NCBI GenBank assembly: GCA_943788175.1
Contig: CALSPG010000005.1
Span: forward strand, 288,001-352,000
From: an uncultured bacterium
GTDB taxonomy: Bacteria; Fidelibacterota; Marinisomatia; Marinisomatales; UBA1611
Reading direction: 5' to 3'
DNA: 64,000 bases
Shown here one piece after another: positions 22,451 through 31,694 of this stretch (positions are counted from its first letter, which is position 1; each line of letters starts with the position of its first letter). The translations under genes were made by a program, and so were the position numbers. The notes beneath the pieces were generated by a model. That model had not been told where the DNA came from and made no database searches. It saw only the letters and a program-made list of their open reading frames with translations.

Positions 22451-24103
22451 ATGAATCTTATTTTTAATATTCTTTTATTTTCATTCCTTGGAGCTCAAAA
22501 TTTTGTATCCTTGGATTTTGAAGCAGGGCGGAGAGGTAAAGAGTATCGAGTCTGGGTATATTTTGATAAAAAAGACAAATCTAAAGTTACTAAATTGGAC
22601 CCAGCTGCAATAAAAAGAAGGGTAAAACACAATATTTTTACCGCGACGAAGTATGACTATAATATCCAAGAGGAATATATAAGAAAGCTTGTAGAAGTTG
22701 GAGCAGAAATAAAAAATCAAAGTCGTTGGCTCAATGCTGTATCCTTAATTGTCGATAGCAATGAACTTGAGCTAATTCAAAAGCTTTCATTTGTAAAAAA
22801 AATCGAACCTGTCAGACAACACAAAAAAAAGAAAGCTATACAAACTGTTGAAAATCAGATATTGGTTAATAGAGATATTGATTATGGTTCGAGTTTTAAT
22901 CAAATAGAACAAATTAATTGTCGCATACCTCACATCGCGGGGTATTATGGGCAGGGTGTAAGAGTTTTATATATAGATACTGGATTCGAACTAAATCATG
23001 AAGCTTATGATTCACTTAATCTCATAGGTCAATATGACTTTATTAATAATGATCAAAATGCTGCAAATGAAACTGATCAAGAAATTCTTGAGAATCAAGA
23101 CGATCACGGTACGCTATGCCTTAGTGTTATGGCTGGCTATTCTCCAGGTAGCCTTATAGGCCCAGCATTTAAATCTGAATATCTATTAGCAAAAACAGAA
23201 ATTATGGCTGAAGAAATCCAGCAAGAAGAGGATAATTATATTGCTGCGCTAGAATGGGGTGAATCTCTGGGAGCGGATATTGCATGTGCTTCATTAGGCT
23301 ATTTAGATTGGTATTCTTATGAAGATTTAGATGGCAATACTGCTGCTACCACCAAAGCGATTGATATAGCTTCAGGGCTTGGAGTTTTATGTGTTAATTC
23401 CGCAGGAAATGAAGGTAATGATCCTTGGTATCATATTATAACGCCAGCGGATGCTGATTCAGTTTTATCTGTCGGAGCCGTAGACGCAAATGATATCATC
23501 GCTAATTTTAGCAGTAGAGGTCCAACTTTTGATGGCAGAATTAAACCTGAAGTTTGTGCCATGGGTGTGAGTACATATTGTGTTAGGTCAAATACGGAAA
23601 ATATATATAGGAATGCCTCAGGTACTTCTTTTTCTGCTCCTTTAGCAGCAGGTGCTGCAGCTGTAGTCATGAGTGCAAACCCAGAATGGACAAATATGCA
23701 AGTAAGGGAGGCTCTTATGATGACAGCTTCACAATTTAATAGTCCAGATAATGAATATGGTTATGGCATTCTAAACGCCTGGGCTGCAATCAATTATCAG
23801 TTCACAACGAGTATAAAAGATGAAACCTTTTTACCAGATGTTATATCTGTAGAAAATGCTTACCCGAACCCTTTTAATCCAGAGGTATCAATAAAAATTA
23901 ATGGGTTATCAAACTCTCAACATGTTTCTGTGGGGGTATATGATCTTCACGGAACATTAGTTACGTCTTTGCATAATCAAAAAGTAAGACATAATGTGCT
24001 TATGTTAACTTGGAATGCGGAGATATTTAGTAGTGGTATATATTTGCTACGTACAGATTGGCAATATGGTAATGATACTCAAAAAATCACATTGCTTAAG
24101 TAA
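22451..24103 (+). CDS. S8 subtilisin-like serine peptidase with C-terminal secretion sorting domain
   Basis: IDTG, HGT, SAGNEG, GTSFSAP catalytic motifs; AYPNPFNP...SSGIY...KITLLK tail. Confidence 0.9.
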   Translation: MNLIFNILLFSFLGAQNFVSLDFEAGRRGKEYRVWVYFDKKDKSKVTKLDPAAIKRRVKHNIFTATKYDYNIQEEYIRKLVEVGAEIKNQSRWLNAVSLIVDSNELELIQKLSFVKKIEPVRQHKKKKAIQTVENQILVNRDIDYGSSFNQIEQINCRIPHIAGYYGQGVRVLYIDTGFELNHEAYDSLNLIGQYDFINNDQNAANETDQEILENQDDHGTLCLSVMAGYSPGSLIGPAFKSEYLLAKTEIMAEEIQQEEDNYIAALEWGESLGADIACASLGYLDWYSYEDLDGNTAATTKAIDIASGLGVLCVNSAGNEGNDPWYHIITPADADSVLSVGAVDANDIIANFSSRGPTFDGRIKPEVCAMGVSTYCVRSNTENIYRNASGTSFSAPLAAGAAAVVMSANPEWTNMQVREALMMTASQFNSPDNEYGYGILNAWAAINYQFTTSIKDETFLPDVISVENAYPNPFNPEVSIKINGLSNSQHVSVGVYDLHGTLVTSLHNQKVRHNVLMLTWNAEIFSSGIYLLRTDWQYGNDTQKITLLK

Positions 24104-24177
24104 AATCCCTTAAAAATTAAATACTTGCCATATCATTAATTAAGGTCCAAATTTTAGGTATAAACCTATAAATATTC

Positions 24178-25965
24178 ATGGTTAAAAAATTATTCATATA
24201 CATACTATTCTATTTTGGATTGATATGCGGTCTCTGCTCGGAAACGATCTATTCAAGTAATGCCAAAACCAACTCCATTGATTTAAACATCTATGATGGT
24301 CCCAAATCATTACTATTAAATTGGATTGCTTCTGATACAATTCAATCAAAAAGAATTAAAATATTTAGAAAATCTGGTATTGATGGTGAGTTTGAACTAG
24401 TCGCAAATATTCTAGAAAGTAAAAGCATGAATAATAGATATTTGGATGATTCCTGCAAAAATTCAATAAGGTACTTCTACTATGTTGAGATTGTTGATGG
24501 CCTAGGGAATATTTATAAAAGTGATAATTTAAGACCTAGCTTTGGTGCGCTTACAAAGCCTCCTAAGGTTTTATTGAAATCATACAATAATCTATGGGAA
24601 CTTTTTGTGACCGTGTTAAGAAATTCTATATTGAAATCAAATCCTGAAGCAAACTATGATCACATCCATGCTATCACGAACTTATTATCTAAGCAAGGCA
24701 GTAATAAAAACACATGGGTTGATAATTTTCCTATACAGTATTTAAATGGTGCCAAGAGCATTATTGAAAATCAAGAAATCAATTATTTTGGAAATAATTT
24801 CTTTGATCAATTTCAAAAATATGAAGAATTACATCGTAATCAATTTTTTCTAACCCCTTCAGAATGGGACTCTGAGTTAAAAAATAATTTTATATTTGCC
24901 AAGGAAAAATGGTTTTTATTAAAAGACTCTTTTGAAGATTATAAAAATATTATAGGTAGTTTACCTTCAGTATTTATTTTAGCTGCTGAAAAAGGGTTTG
25001 AAGATAGGAACGAAGTTAAATTGTTGGTTGTTGATTTTGAAATGCTCACTCAGCAAAAAGTTAACTTATCACATTTTGAGGAAAGTATTGAAGTCGACCT
25101 TTCTAATATGCTTGATTCAAAAACTATTATTTCTATAAATACGCCAAGCGATTGGGACTTCGTAAAACTAAATATTGATGATCTAGAAGTTGATAGAATT
25201 GATTTTATCAACAATAAGAAAGTTATGAAAACCTTGGCTCAAGAAATAGTGTTGACTGATAAGCCGCATCTTACAATGTCCAAAGAAAATTCAGAAATCT
25301 GGCTGAATGAATTTTATTGGAATCCTATTACTTCAAATATCACCGTAGAAGTTGCTGGTATTTATACAGGATTAAATAGCTATATTATTTCTATAGATGG
25401 GGAAGAAATCTGGAGTCTCGATCTAGATCCTTCATTTGACATGCAGTATATAGATTCTACTTTCAATCTTAAACTTGATAGTATGATTGATAATGTTATG
25501 GAATTTAAAATCAAAGGTGAAAATAACACTTCTCGCTCATTAGAAGTTGTTAAGCTATCAAAAGCAGAGTCTATTAGTAATCATCGTTTTCCTGACGGTG
25601 AAGCTTGGCGAAAATCAAGCAAAAATTCTTTTGGTTCTAAAAACATTGATAAAAAAACCATGATGGATTCTAGTTTAATACCCGAGCTTTTTGTTTTATA
25701 TCAGAATTACCCGAACCCATTTAACAGTAATACAAGAATTTCATTTGATTTGCTTCAGGATGCCACACTATCTCTCTATGTAACAGACGCGACGGGGCGA
25801 ATTAAAACAATATTCTCTGATCGAGAATTTTATAATAGTGGAAAATATAGTTTTGATTGGAATGCGGAAATTTTTTCAACGGGTGTTTATTTTTTCACTA
25901 TAAATGCTGAAGTAGATGGTTATGCCTCAGTCATTTTTAGCCGAAAAATGATATACCTTAAGTAG
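24178..25965 (+). CDS. Secreted protein with C-terminal sorting domain (T9SS type A-like)
   Basis: Signal peptide; LYQNYPNPFN...STGVYF...KMIYLK tail. Confidence 0.72.
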   Translation: MVKKLFIYILFYFGLICGLCSETIYSSNAKTNSIDLNIYDGPKSLLLNWIASDTIQSKRIKIFRKSGIDGEFELVANILESKSMNNRYLDDSCKNSIRYFYYVEIVDGLGNIYKSDNLRPSFGALTKPPKVLLKSYNNLWELFVTVLRNSILKSNPEANYDHIHAITNLLSKQGSNKNTWVDNFPIQYLNGAKSIIENQEINYFGNNFFDQFQKYEELHRNQFFLTPSEWDSELKNNFIFAKEKWFLLKDSFEDYKNIIGSLPSVFILAAEKGFEDRNEVKLLVVDFEMLTQQKVNLSHFEESIEVDLSNMLDSKTIISINTPSDWDFVKLNIDDLEVDRIDFINNKKVMKTLAQEIVLTDKPHLTMSKENSEIWLNEFYWNPITSNITVEVAGIYTGLNSYIISIDGEEIWSLDLDPSFDMQYIDSTFNLKLDSMIDNVMEFKIKGENNTSRSLEVVKLSKAESISNHRFPDGEAWRKSSKNSFGSKNIDKKTMMDSSLIPELFVLYQNYPNPFNSNTRISFDLLQDATLSLYVTDATGRIKTIFSDREFYNSGKYSFDWNAEIFSTGVYFFTINAEVDGYASVIFSRKMIYLK

Positions 25966-26003
25966 TAATATTTGTTTTTTTTAGATAAATATTTTTTATT
26001 TGA

Positions 26004-26756
26004 ATGAAAAAATTATCCGTAATTATATTATTAGCAGTCTTGTTTTTTATTGTTGGTTGTGCTTCTCACCCTGTTGTACATCCTGGGACTTTAAAAAAAA
26101 ATGAACAAGTTTGGGGTTATTCCTTAGCTGCAGAAAATGTTTTGCCAGTTGTTTGGTTCAGAAAAGGCTTAGATGCGAAAACAGAAATAGGTTACAGGGT
26201 CGGATTACCGATATATGGTACGGGAGTTGATCTCAGTAGAGTGGTAATGCGTCGAGAAAAATCATGGGACGTAATGAATTTTTCATGGAGTTATAATCCA
26301 AATCGCAATATCGATATCACGTATTATCGGTTTAAAGAAAAATCGGGTGGCCTCTTTTCAAAAATGAAAAAGAAAAAACAAGAAACGCCTTCTATTTCAT
26401 GGAAAGGGACTCGGTTTATGCTCATTCCAGAGGGGATTACACCTGATGGAAAATCAAGTATGCGTCTAGGGTTTTTGAGGGGTGGTAAAATTTCTGAAAA
26501 ATTTGGATACGAGATTGGTTATTACCACGATTTTAATGCGATGCCATTGTCAAAAGTTTTTGACTCGAAGTGGAATGTCACTGGCGAGGATTGGCAGACT
26601 TCCACTCGTTTAGATTCATCATATGACGGGAGGTATAATGATTATGACCCGATGTTCCCTGGAAAAGGTTCTGGTGCTCCTTCAGAGTATTCAAGAGCAA
26701 CGGGTTTTTCACTACAGTTATTTTATTATCTAGGCCGTTATAAAAAGAAGTCATAG
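26004..26756 (+). CDS. Hypothetical lipoprotein
   Basis: IVGC lipobox; no family recognised. Confidence 0.6.
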   Translation: MKKLSVIILLAVLFFIVGCASHPVVHPGTLKKNEQVWGYSLAAENVLPVVWFRKGLDAKTEIGYRVGLPIYGTGVDLSRVVMRREKSWDVMNFSWSYNPNRNIDITYYRFKEKSGGLFSKMKKKKQETPSISWKGTRFMLIPEGITPDGKSSMRLGFLRGGKISEKFGYEIGYYHDFNAMPLSKVFDSKWNVTGEDWQTSTRLDSSYDGRYNDYDPMFPGKGSGAPSEYSRATGFSLQLFYYLGRYKKKS

Positions 26757-26761
26757 TCTAG

Positions 26762-27745
26762 ATGGGTCATGATTCCTTGTTTAGCCACTTGCTTAAAGGT
26801 GATGCCGAAAAATCTTTTTCATATTTAGAAGATGCCTTAAAGGGAGGGAAAGACCTTATATATTTTTTAGATGAAGTATTATTCACAGCTGCATCTATAA
26901 AATACAAAAACGAGAAGCAGTCACACCCAATAATGACTATAAATTCCATAAAAAATATTATTGGGGATAATAAGTCAACACCCTCCAAAATTTTACTAAA
27001 ATATTGTTTAGATATATGTTTAGAAAATGAAATTGTAGATTACAATAAAAAATTAGATGTAACGTACAGTGAGAGTATTATTCCATCAGTTTTTGTTGGT
27101 GCCTTTGAAGATGCTATTCAATCTGGTAGTTGGGATGAGGTTGAAGAAATGATGTTGAAAATATATTATGCTTCCGATAGGTCGCATTCAATTATTGAAA
27201 CAATAGCAGACCTTGGACTTCAAAATATTGATATAAATGGATTAATGATATTCCATTTATTAAGAGCCTTTAATTTCAAACAAAATAAATCCCATGTTTG
27301 GACATATGCCTCCTGTTTAATCAGTTTTTTAAAAAAAGACGCTCTTCCAAGACCGAGCAAAAGAAAAACTATAAACCCCATGAATTTGATAAAAATAATT
27401 TTAAATCATGATAATATTGATGATATAATAAAATATTCTGCAATGATAAGAATTTGGGAAGGTGACTATGTGCGAATTAGTAGCTATCAAAGAGAAATTT
27501 CTTCGTGGCTTGATATAAAATTTTTAGATCAGAGTATAATTGATGAAAAAAATAAACAGATTTTTTTAAAGGATAGAGTTCAATATAATGATTTTGTGAA
27601 GATTGCTGAATCAATTATTATAAATAAGAGTTCAGTTGAAAAAAAATCAAGAGATATTATTACATTAGATGCTTTAAGATATTTAAAGAATAAAAGTGGT
27701 AATGAAGCGTTTAATTTTTACATAAAGGATTTGTTATCATCATGA
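26762..27745 (+). CDS. Hypothetical protein
   Basis: 327-aa ORF tightly packed in the operon. Confidence 0.55.
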   Translation: MGHDSLFSHLLKGDAEKSFSYLEDALKGGKDLIYFLDEVLFTAASIKYKNEKQSHPIMTINSIKNIIGDNKSTPSKILLKYCLDICLENEIVDYNKKLDVTYSESIIPSVFVGAFEDAIQSGSWDEVEEMMLKIYYASDRSHSIIETIADLGLQNIDINGLMIFHLLRAFNFKQNKSHVWTYASCLISFLKKDALPRPSKRKTINPMNLIKIILNHDNIDDIIKYSAMIRIWEGDYVRISSYQREISSWLDIKFLDQSIIDEKNKQIFLKDRVQYNDFVKIAESIIINKSSVEKKSRDIITLDALRYLKNKSGNEAFNFYIKDLLSS

Positions 27746-28584
27746 AGATAGGTCAGTATGATTTATACAGTATTGAGACAAGCGAGTTTAGCTTAGATGG
27801 GGGTGCGATGTTTGGTATTATCCCAAAAACTTTATGGAAAGAAAAATTATCGCCTGATAGACTAAACAGAGTAGATATGGTAACGAGATCTTTATTAATG
27901 GTTACTGATAATAGAAAAGTATTAATCGACACTGGCAATGGTTCTAAATGGGCAAAAAAGTACCTAGATATGTATAATATAGATTTTAGTAAGTATAATA
28001 TTTTATCATCTTTAAAAAAAAGCGGTTTTGAAACGGATGATATCACAGACGTAATCTGTACTCATCTGCATTTTGACCATATTGGTGGGAATACATTTTA
28101 TCAAAACGATATTATAGAACCAACTTTTCCAAATGCGACATACTGGATAAGTAAAGATAATTGGGCTCTTGCGAATCAGCCAAGTGTAAAAGATCAGGGT
28201 AGTTTCATTAGCAAAGACTGGGAAGTATTAGAAAAAAATAATATGATTAAATTAGTAGATGAACAATTCTTAGATGGTATTGATATTTTTTTTACATATG
28301 GACATACGAATGGATTGATGCATCCTATAATTTCAGATAGTAATAAAAAGTTATTTTATGGCGCTGATATTTTTCCAACACATGCTCATTTACCCGTTCC
28401 TTGGGTTATGGCTTATGATTTGCATCCAGCAAAAACGATGTCAGAGAAAAGTAAGTTGTTAAAAAAAATGTATGAGGAAGAATGGATATTATTTTTTGAA
28501 CACGACCCCTTTTATCAAGCTTGTACAATTGATATGAAAGGGAAATATTACTGCATCAAAAACATTGTGAAAATAAGTGAGTGA
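27742..28584 (+). CDS. MBL-fold metallo-hydrolase
   Basis: LDGGAMFGIIPK, THLHFDH.GG, GHT, WVMAYD. Confidence 0.88.
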   Translation: MKIGQYDLYSIETSEFSLDGGAMFGIIPKTLWKEKLSPDRLNRVDMVTRSLLMVTDNRKVLIDTGNGSKWAKKYLDMYNIDFSKYNILSSLKKSGFETDDITDVICTHLHFDHIGGNTFYQNDIIEPTFPNATYWISKDNWALANQPSVKDQGSFISKDWEVLEKNNMIKLVDEQFLDGIDIFFTYGHTNGLMHPIISDSNKKLFYGADIFPTHAHLPVPWVMAYDLHPAKTMSEKSKLLKKMYEEEWILFFEHDPFYQACTIDMKGKYYCIKNIVKISE

Positions 28585-28939
28585 TCAAGAAAAAATAGAA
28601 AGCCTATTTAACGAAGGTCTTCAGCATTATAGGTCTGGTGATTATTTTGAAGCACATGAGTCTTGGGAGGAATTGTGGTCAGACTTTTACCTTGAGGATC
28701 GAAAATTCATTCAAGGTTTAATCCAACTGAGCGTTAGCTTTGTTCATCTAGAAAATAATAATTTAAAAGGTGCTAAGAGTTTACTTAACAAGTGCAAAGA
28801 AAAATTTATGGATTTTAAAAATATCCATCGTGGTATAGATGCAAGTAAACTGTTATTAGAATTAGATATAGTTGAAAAAGAGTATGGTGGACTAAATTCT
28901 AATAATGAATTCAATTGGGAAATAATCCCAAAAATTTAA
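28577..28939 (+). CDS. DUF309 domain protein
   Basis: YFEAHE.WE..W, QGLIQ. Confidence 0.85.
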   Translation: MSDQEKIESLFNEGLQHYRSGDYFEAHESWEELWSDFYLEDRKFIQGLIQLSVSFVHLENNNLKGAKSLLNKCKEKFMDFKNIHRGIDASKLLLELDIVEKEYGGLNSNNEFNWEIIPKI

Positions 28940-28944
28940 ATTTT

Positions 28945-29289
28945 ATGAAAAATATTTTATTATTTATTAAAGATTTCGAATTAGGGTCAAAAGTTTCTAG
29001 CGCGTGTGTAGACGCTGAAATGAATGTTGAGTTTTGCGATGAAAATACTAGCCCTGATGATTTTTTAGAAGAATCATTATTAGCTATTATTGATTTAGAT
29101 CAAGATGTCTTTTTTTCTGTCGGTTTAGTATCTGAATTAAAGCGACATGGGTTAAAAATTATTGCCTCTATGGAAGAGTTAAAAGCGCGGGACTTAAAAA
29201 AAATAAAGACAGCTGGTTGTGACCTGGTACTTACAAAATCAAGTTTGGTAAAGAATTTACCGAAGTTGATTAATGAATTAACTAGTTAG
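28945..29289 (+). CDS. Receiver-fold-like hypothetical protein
   Basis: AIIDL and AGCD.VL.KS pattern; ATG at 28945. Confidence 0.5.
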   Translation: MKNILLFIKDFELGSKVSSACVDAEMNVEFCDENTSPDDFLEESLLAIIDLDQDVFFSVGLVSELKRHGLKIIASMEELKARDLKKIKTAGCDLVLTKSSLVKNLPKLINELTS

Positions 29290-29386
29290 TTGTATTTTAT
29301 AAAAAAAATAAACTTAAATTTAGTTTTGGCCTATTTTAGCTAAAAAAGTTAGATTTAGACAATAAATATTTGCATAATACAAGTAT

Positions 29387-29818
29387 ATGGAAGGCAAAAA
29401 TAAAAATATGAGTCACCCAGTTTTAACAAAAAAATATCACTTCTGTGCTTCTCATAAGTATGGAAATGATTCTTGGAGTGAAGAAAAAAATCTTGAGGTC
29501 TTTGGCAAGGACTACAACACGCATGGACACAATTATATACTTGAAATCTCTGTAACGGGTCCTATTGATTCTGGTTCTGGTTGGTTGGTTGATTTGCAGA
29601 ATCTCAGCAAGGTAGTTAAAAAAAAAGTAATTAATGTTTTAGACCACTCTCAAATTGAAATAGATGTTGAGTGGTTTAAAGATAAGCAACCTTCCTCCGA
29701 AAATATTTTATTGTGGATATGGCAAGAAATATGCGATGACATTACTGATTGCACTTTACATCGATTAAGGTTAGTAGAGACTCATTCCATTCACACAGAT
29801 TACTATGGACCTGCATAA
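29387..29818 (+). CDS. 6-carboxytetrahydropterin/6-pyruvoyltetrahydropterin synthase family (QueD/PTPS)
   Basis: HGHNY, LDH, PSSEN, LVET; adjacent to folE and a preQ transporter. Confidence 0.85.
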   Translation: MEGKNKNMSHPVLTKKYHFCASHKYGNDSWSEEKNLEVFGKDYNTHGHNYILEISVTGPIDSGSGWLVDLQNLSKVVKKKVINVLDHSQIEIDVEWFKDKQPSSENILLWIWQEICDDITDCTLHRLRLVETHSIHTDYYGPA

Positions 29819-30473
29819 CAATAATTTCAAAGATCAATTCTATTTAGTTTTAACCGGGATTTTTATTGCTTCTCTCGTAGCAAGCAATCTGATTTTTCAA
29901 AAGTTTTTTACATGGAATTTTCTAGGCATAAATTTTGAGCTTTCCGTAGGGATCATTGCATATCCAGTAACTTTTTTAGTTACAGATTTAATCTCTGAGC
30001 TTTATGGTCAGAAGCGTGCTAATCAAGTAGTAGTATCTGGGTTTTTTGCAAGCGTTTTTACGACTTTATTGGTACTTGTTTCTGTGAATGCTTCTGCTGT
30101 GGAATGGTCTCCGATAGATGACATGACATTTACAAAAGTTTTTGGCCTTACTGGCCCTGCTTTTTTTGCATCTATGGTAGCATATTTAACTGCACAATTA
30201 ATAGATGTGAGAATATTCCATTTTTGGAAGCGTCTTACTAAAGGCAAGCATTTATGGCTTAGAAATAATGCTTCTACCATTTTTTCTCAGCTTGTGGACA
30301 CATCTGTTATTTTGGTAATTCTCTGTTTAGCTGGAGTAATTGAATGGGAGCGATTTTATGGTTTATGGATGATGGGATGGCTTTTCAAAGTATTGGTTGC
30401 CTTAATTGATACGCCAATAATTTATGGAATTATTTATCTTCTTAAGGGCAAGATAGATATTGCAAAAGAGTGA
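29805..30473 (+). CDS. Queuosine precursor transporter (YhhQ/Vut_1 family)
   Basis: YPVTFLVTD.ISE.YG, ASMVAYL.AQ..DV, LWLRNN.ST..SQ..DT. Confidence 0.9.
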   Translation: MDLHNNNFKDQFYLVLTGIFIASLVASNLIFQKFFTWNFLGINFELSVGIIAYPVTFLVTDLISELYGQKRANQVVVSGFFASVFTTLLVLVSVNASAVEWSPIDDMTFTKVFGLTGPAFFASMVAYLTAQLIDVRIFHFWKRLTKGKHLWLRNNASTIFSQLVDTSVILVILCLAGVIEWERFYGLWMMGWLFKVLVALIDTPIIYGIIYLLKGKIDIAKE

Positions 30474-30489
30474 TGAAAGGAATTAGAAA

Positions 30490-31056
30490 GTGCAAAATAA
30501 AAATATTGAAGATCTTACTCACGAACTTTTAAAACAGATAGGAGAAAACCCATTGAGAGAGGGTCTAGTTAGGACTCCGTCTCGAGTTGCCAAGGCTTGG
30601 GAATTTTTTTCTAAAGGCTATAATCAAGATATCCATAGTATTATAAATAATGCTATATTTAATGAAGAGGCTAAAGACATGGTTGTTGTCCTAGACGTTG
30701 AATTCTTTAGTTTATGTGAGCATCATTTATTACCCTTTTTTGGAAGAGCTCACGTAGCTTATTTACCTAGTGGCAAAGTAGTAGGGCTTTCAAAGATACC
30801 TAGAATAATAGATATGTTTTCAAGACGATTGCAAGTTCAAGAACGATTGACTAGACAAATAGCAGAAACTGTTATGAATATTTTAGATCCAGTTGGTGCT
30901 GCAGTTATCATGGAGGGTCAGCACATGTGTATGCAAATGCGGGGTGTTGAAAAACAAAATAGTTTAACGACTACGTCTTCGATGCTTGGAAAATTTAGAG
31001 AATCTGACAGGACCAGAACAGAATTTTTATCAATTATTGGTTTGAATAGAAAATAA
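30490..31056 (+). CDS. folE: GTP cyclohydrolase I
   Basis: [35 protein letters not shown]. Confidence 0.96.
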   Translation: MQNKNIEDLTHELLKQIGENPLREGLVRTPSRVAKAWEFFSKGYNQDIHSIINNAIFNEEAKDMVVVLDVEFFSLCEHHLLPFFGRAHVAYLPSGKVVGLSKIPRIIDMFSRRLQVQERLTRQIAETVMNILDPVGAAVIMEGQHMCMQMRGVEKQNSLTTTSSMLGKFRESDRTRTEFLSIIGLNRK

Positions 31057-31058
31057 AA

Positions 31059-31694
31059 TTGGCAATTGCATACAACATAATTGATCTTGGTACTTCAGAA
31101 TTTAAAGACACTTGGAACCTTCAAAAAGAACTCCAAGAAAAAAGAATTTTGGGTGAAATTGAAGATCAATTAATATTAGTTGAGCATCCGGCTGTTTATA
31201 CATTAGGAAAAAATGCTTCTAGGGAGCACATACTTAAAAAAAGGGAAGGTGTTTCGGTCATTCAAACTGACCGAGGAGGAAATATTACTTTCCATGGTCC
31301 CGGGCAACTCGTTGGGTACCCCATAGTAGATTTAAGCTTTTATAAACGTAGCATAACATGGTACATGCGAGAATTAGAGCAGCTTATGATTGATGTTCTT
31401 AAAGAATATGGAATAGAAGGATCGACCAAAAAAGGACTTACTGGGACATGGGTTAAAAACCATAAAATAGCTGCCTTGGGTGTTCGAATAAGCAGATGGG
31501 TCACCATGCATGGTTTTTCCCTAAATATTAATCCCGACTTAAAGTACTACCAAGATATAGTCCCATGTGGAATTGAAGGGTATGGTGTGACATCTATGGC
31601 TATGATAATGGGAGAAGAAGTTCCAAGCATGGCGGAAGTAAAAATAAAAATGGTTGATTATTTTAAAAACAGATTTGTGGGCTTTAAAAACTAA
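31059..31694 (+). CDS. lipB: Lipoyl(octanoyl) transferase
   Basis: EHPAVYTLG, RGGNITFHGPGQ, KIAALG, HGFSLN, PCG. Confidence 0.95.
   Translation: MAIAYNIIDLGTSEFKDTWNLQKELQEKRILGEIEDQLILVEHPAVYTLGKNASREHILKKREGVSVIQTDRGGNITFHGPGQLVGYPIVDLSFYKRSITWYMRELEQLMIDVLKEYGIEGSTKKGLTGTWVKNHKIAALGVRISRWVTMHGFSLNINPDLKYYQDIVPCGIEGYGVTSMAMIMGEEVPSMAEVKIKMVDYFKNRFVGFKN

Noticed and set aside
29290-29407. preQ1 riboswitch upstream of the queD-like/yhhQ genes
   Set aside because: No recognisable preQ1 stem-loop with A-rich tail; only AT-rich palindromes
184-31056. Link between the aGPT-like gene and folE/queD as a 7-deazaguanine DNA modification system
   Set aside because: About 28 kb apart, different chemistry, and no dpdA/tgt-like gene in the window
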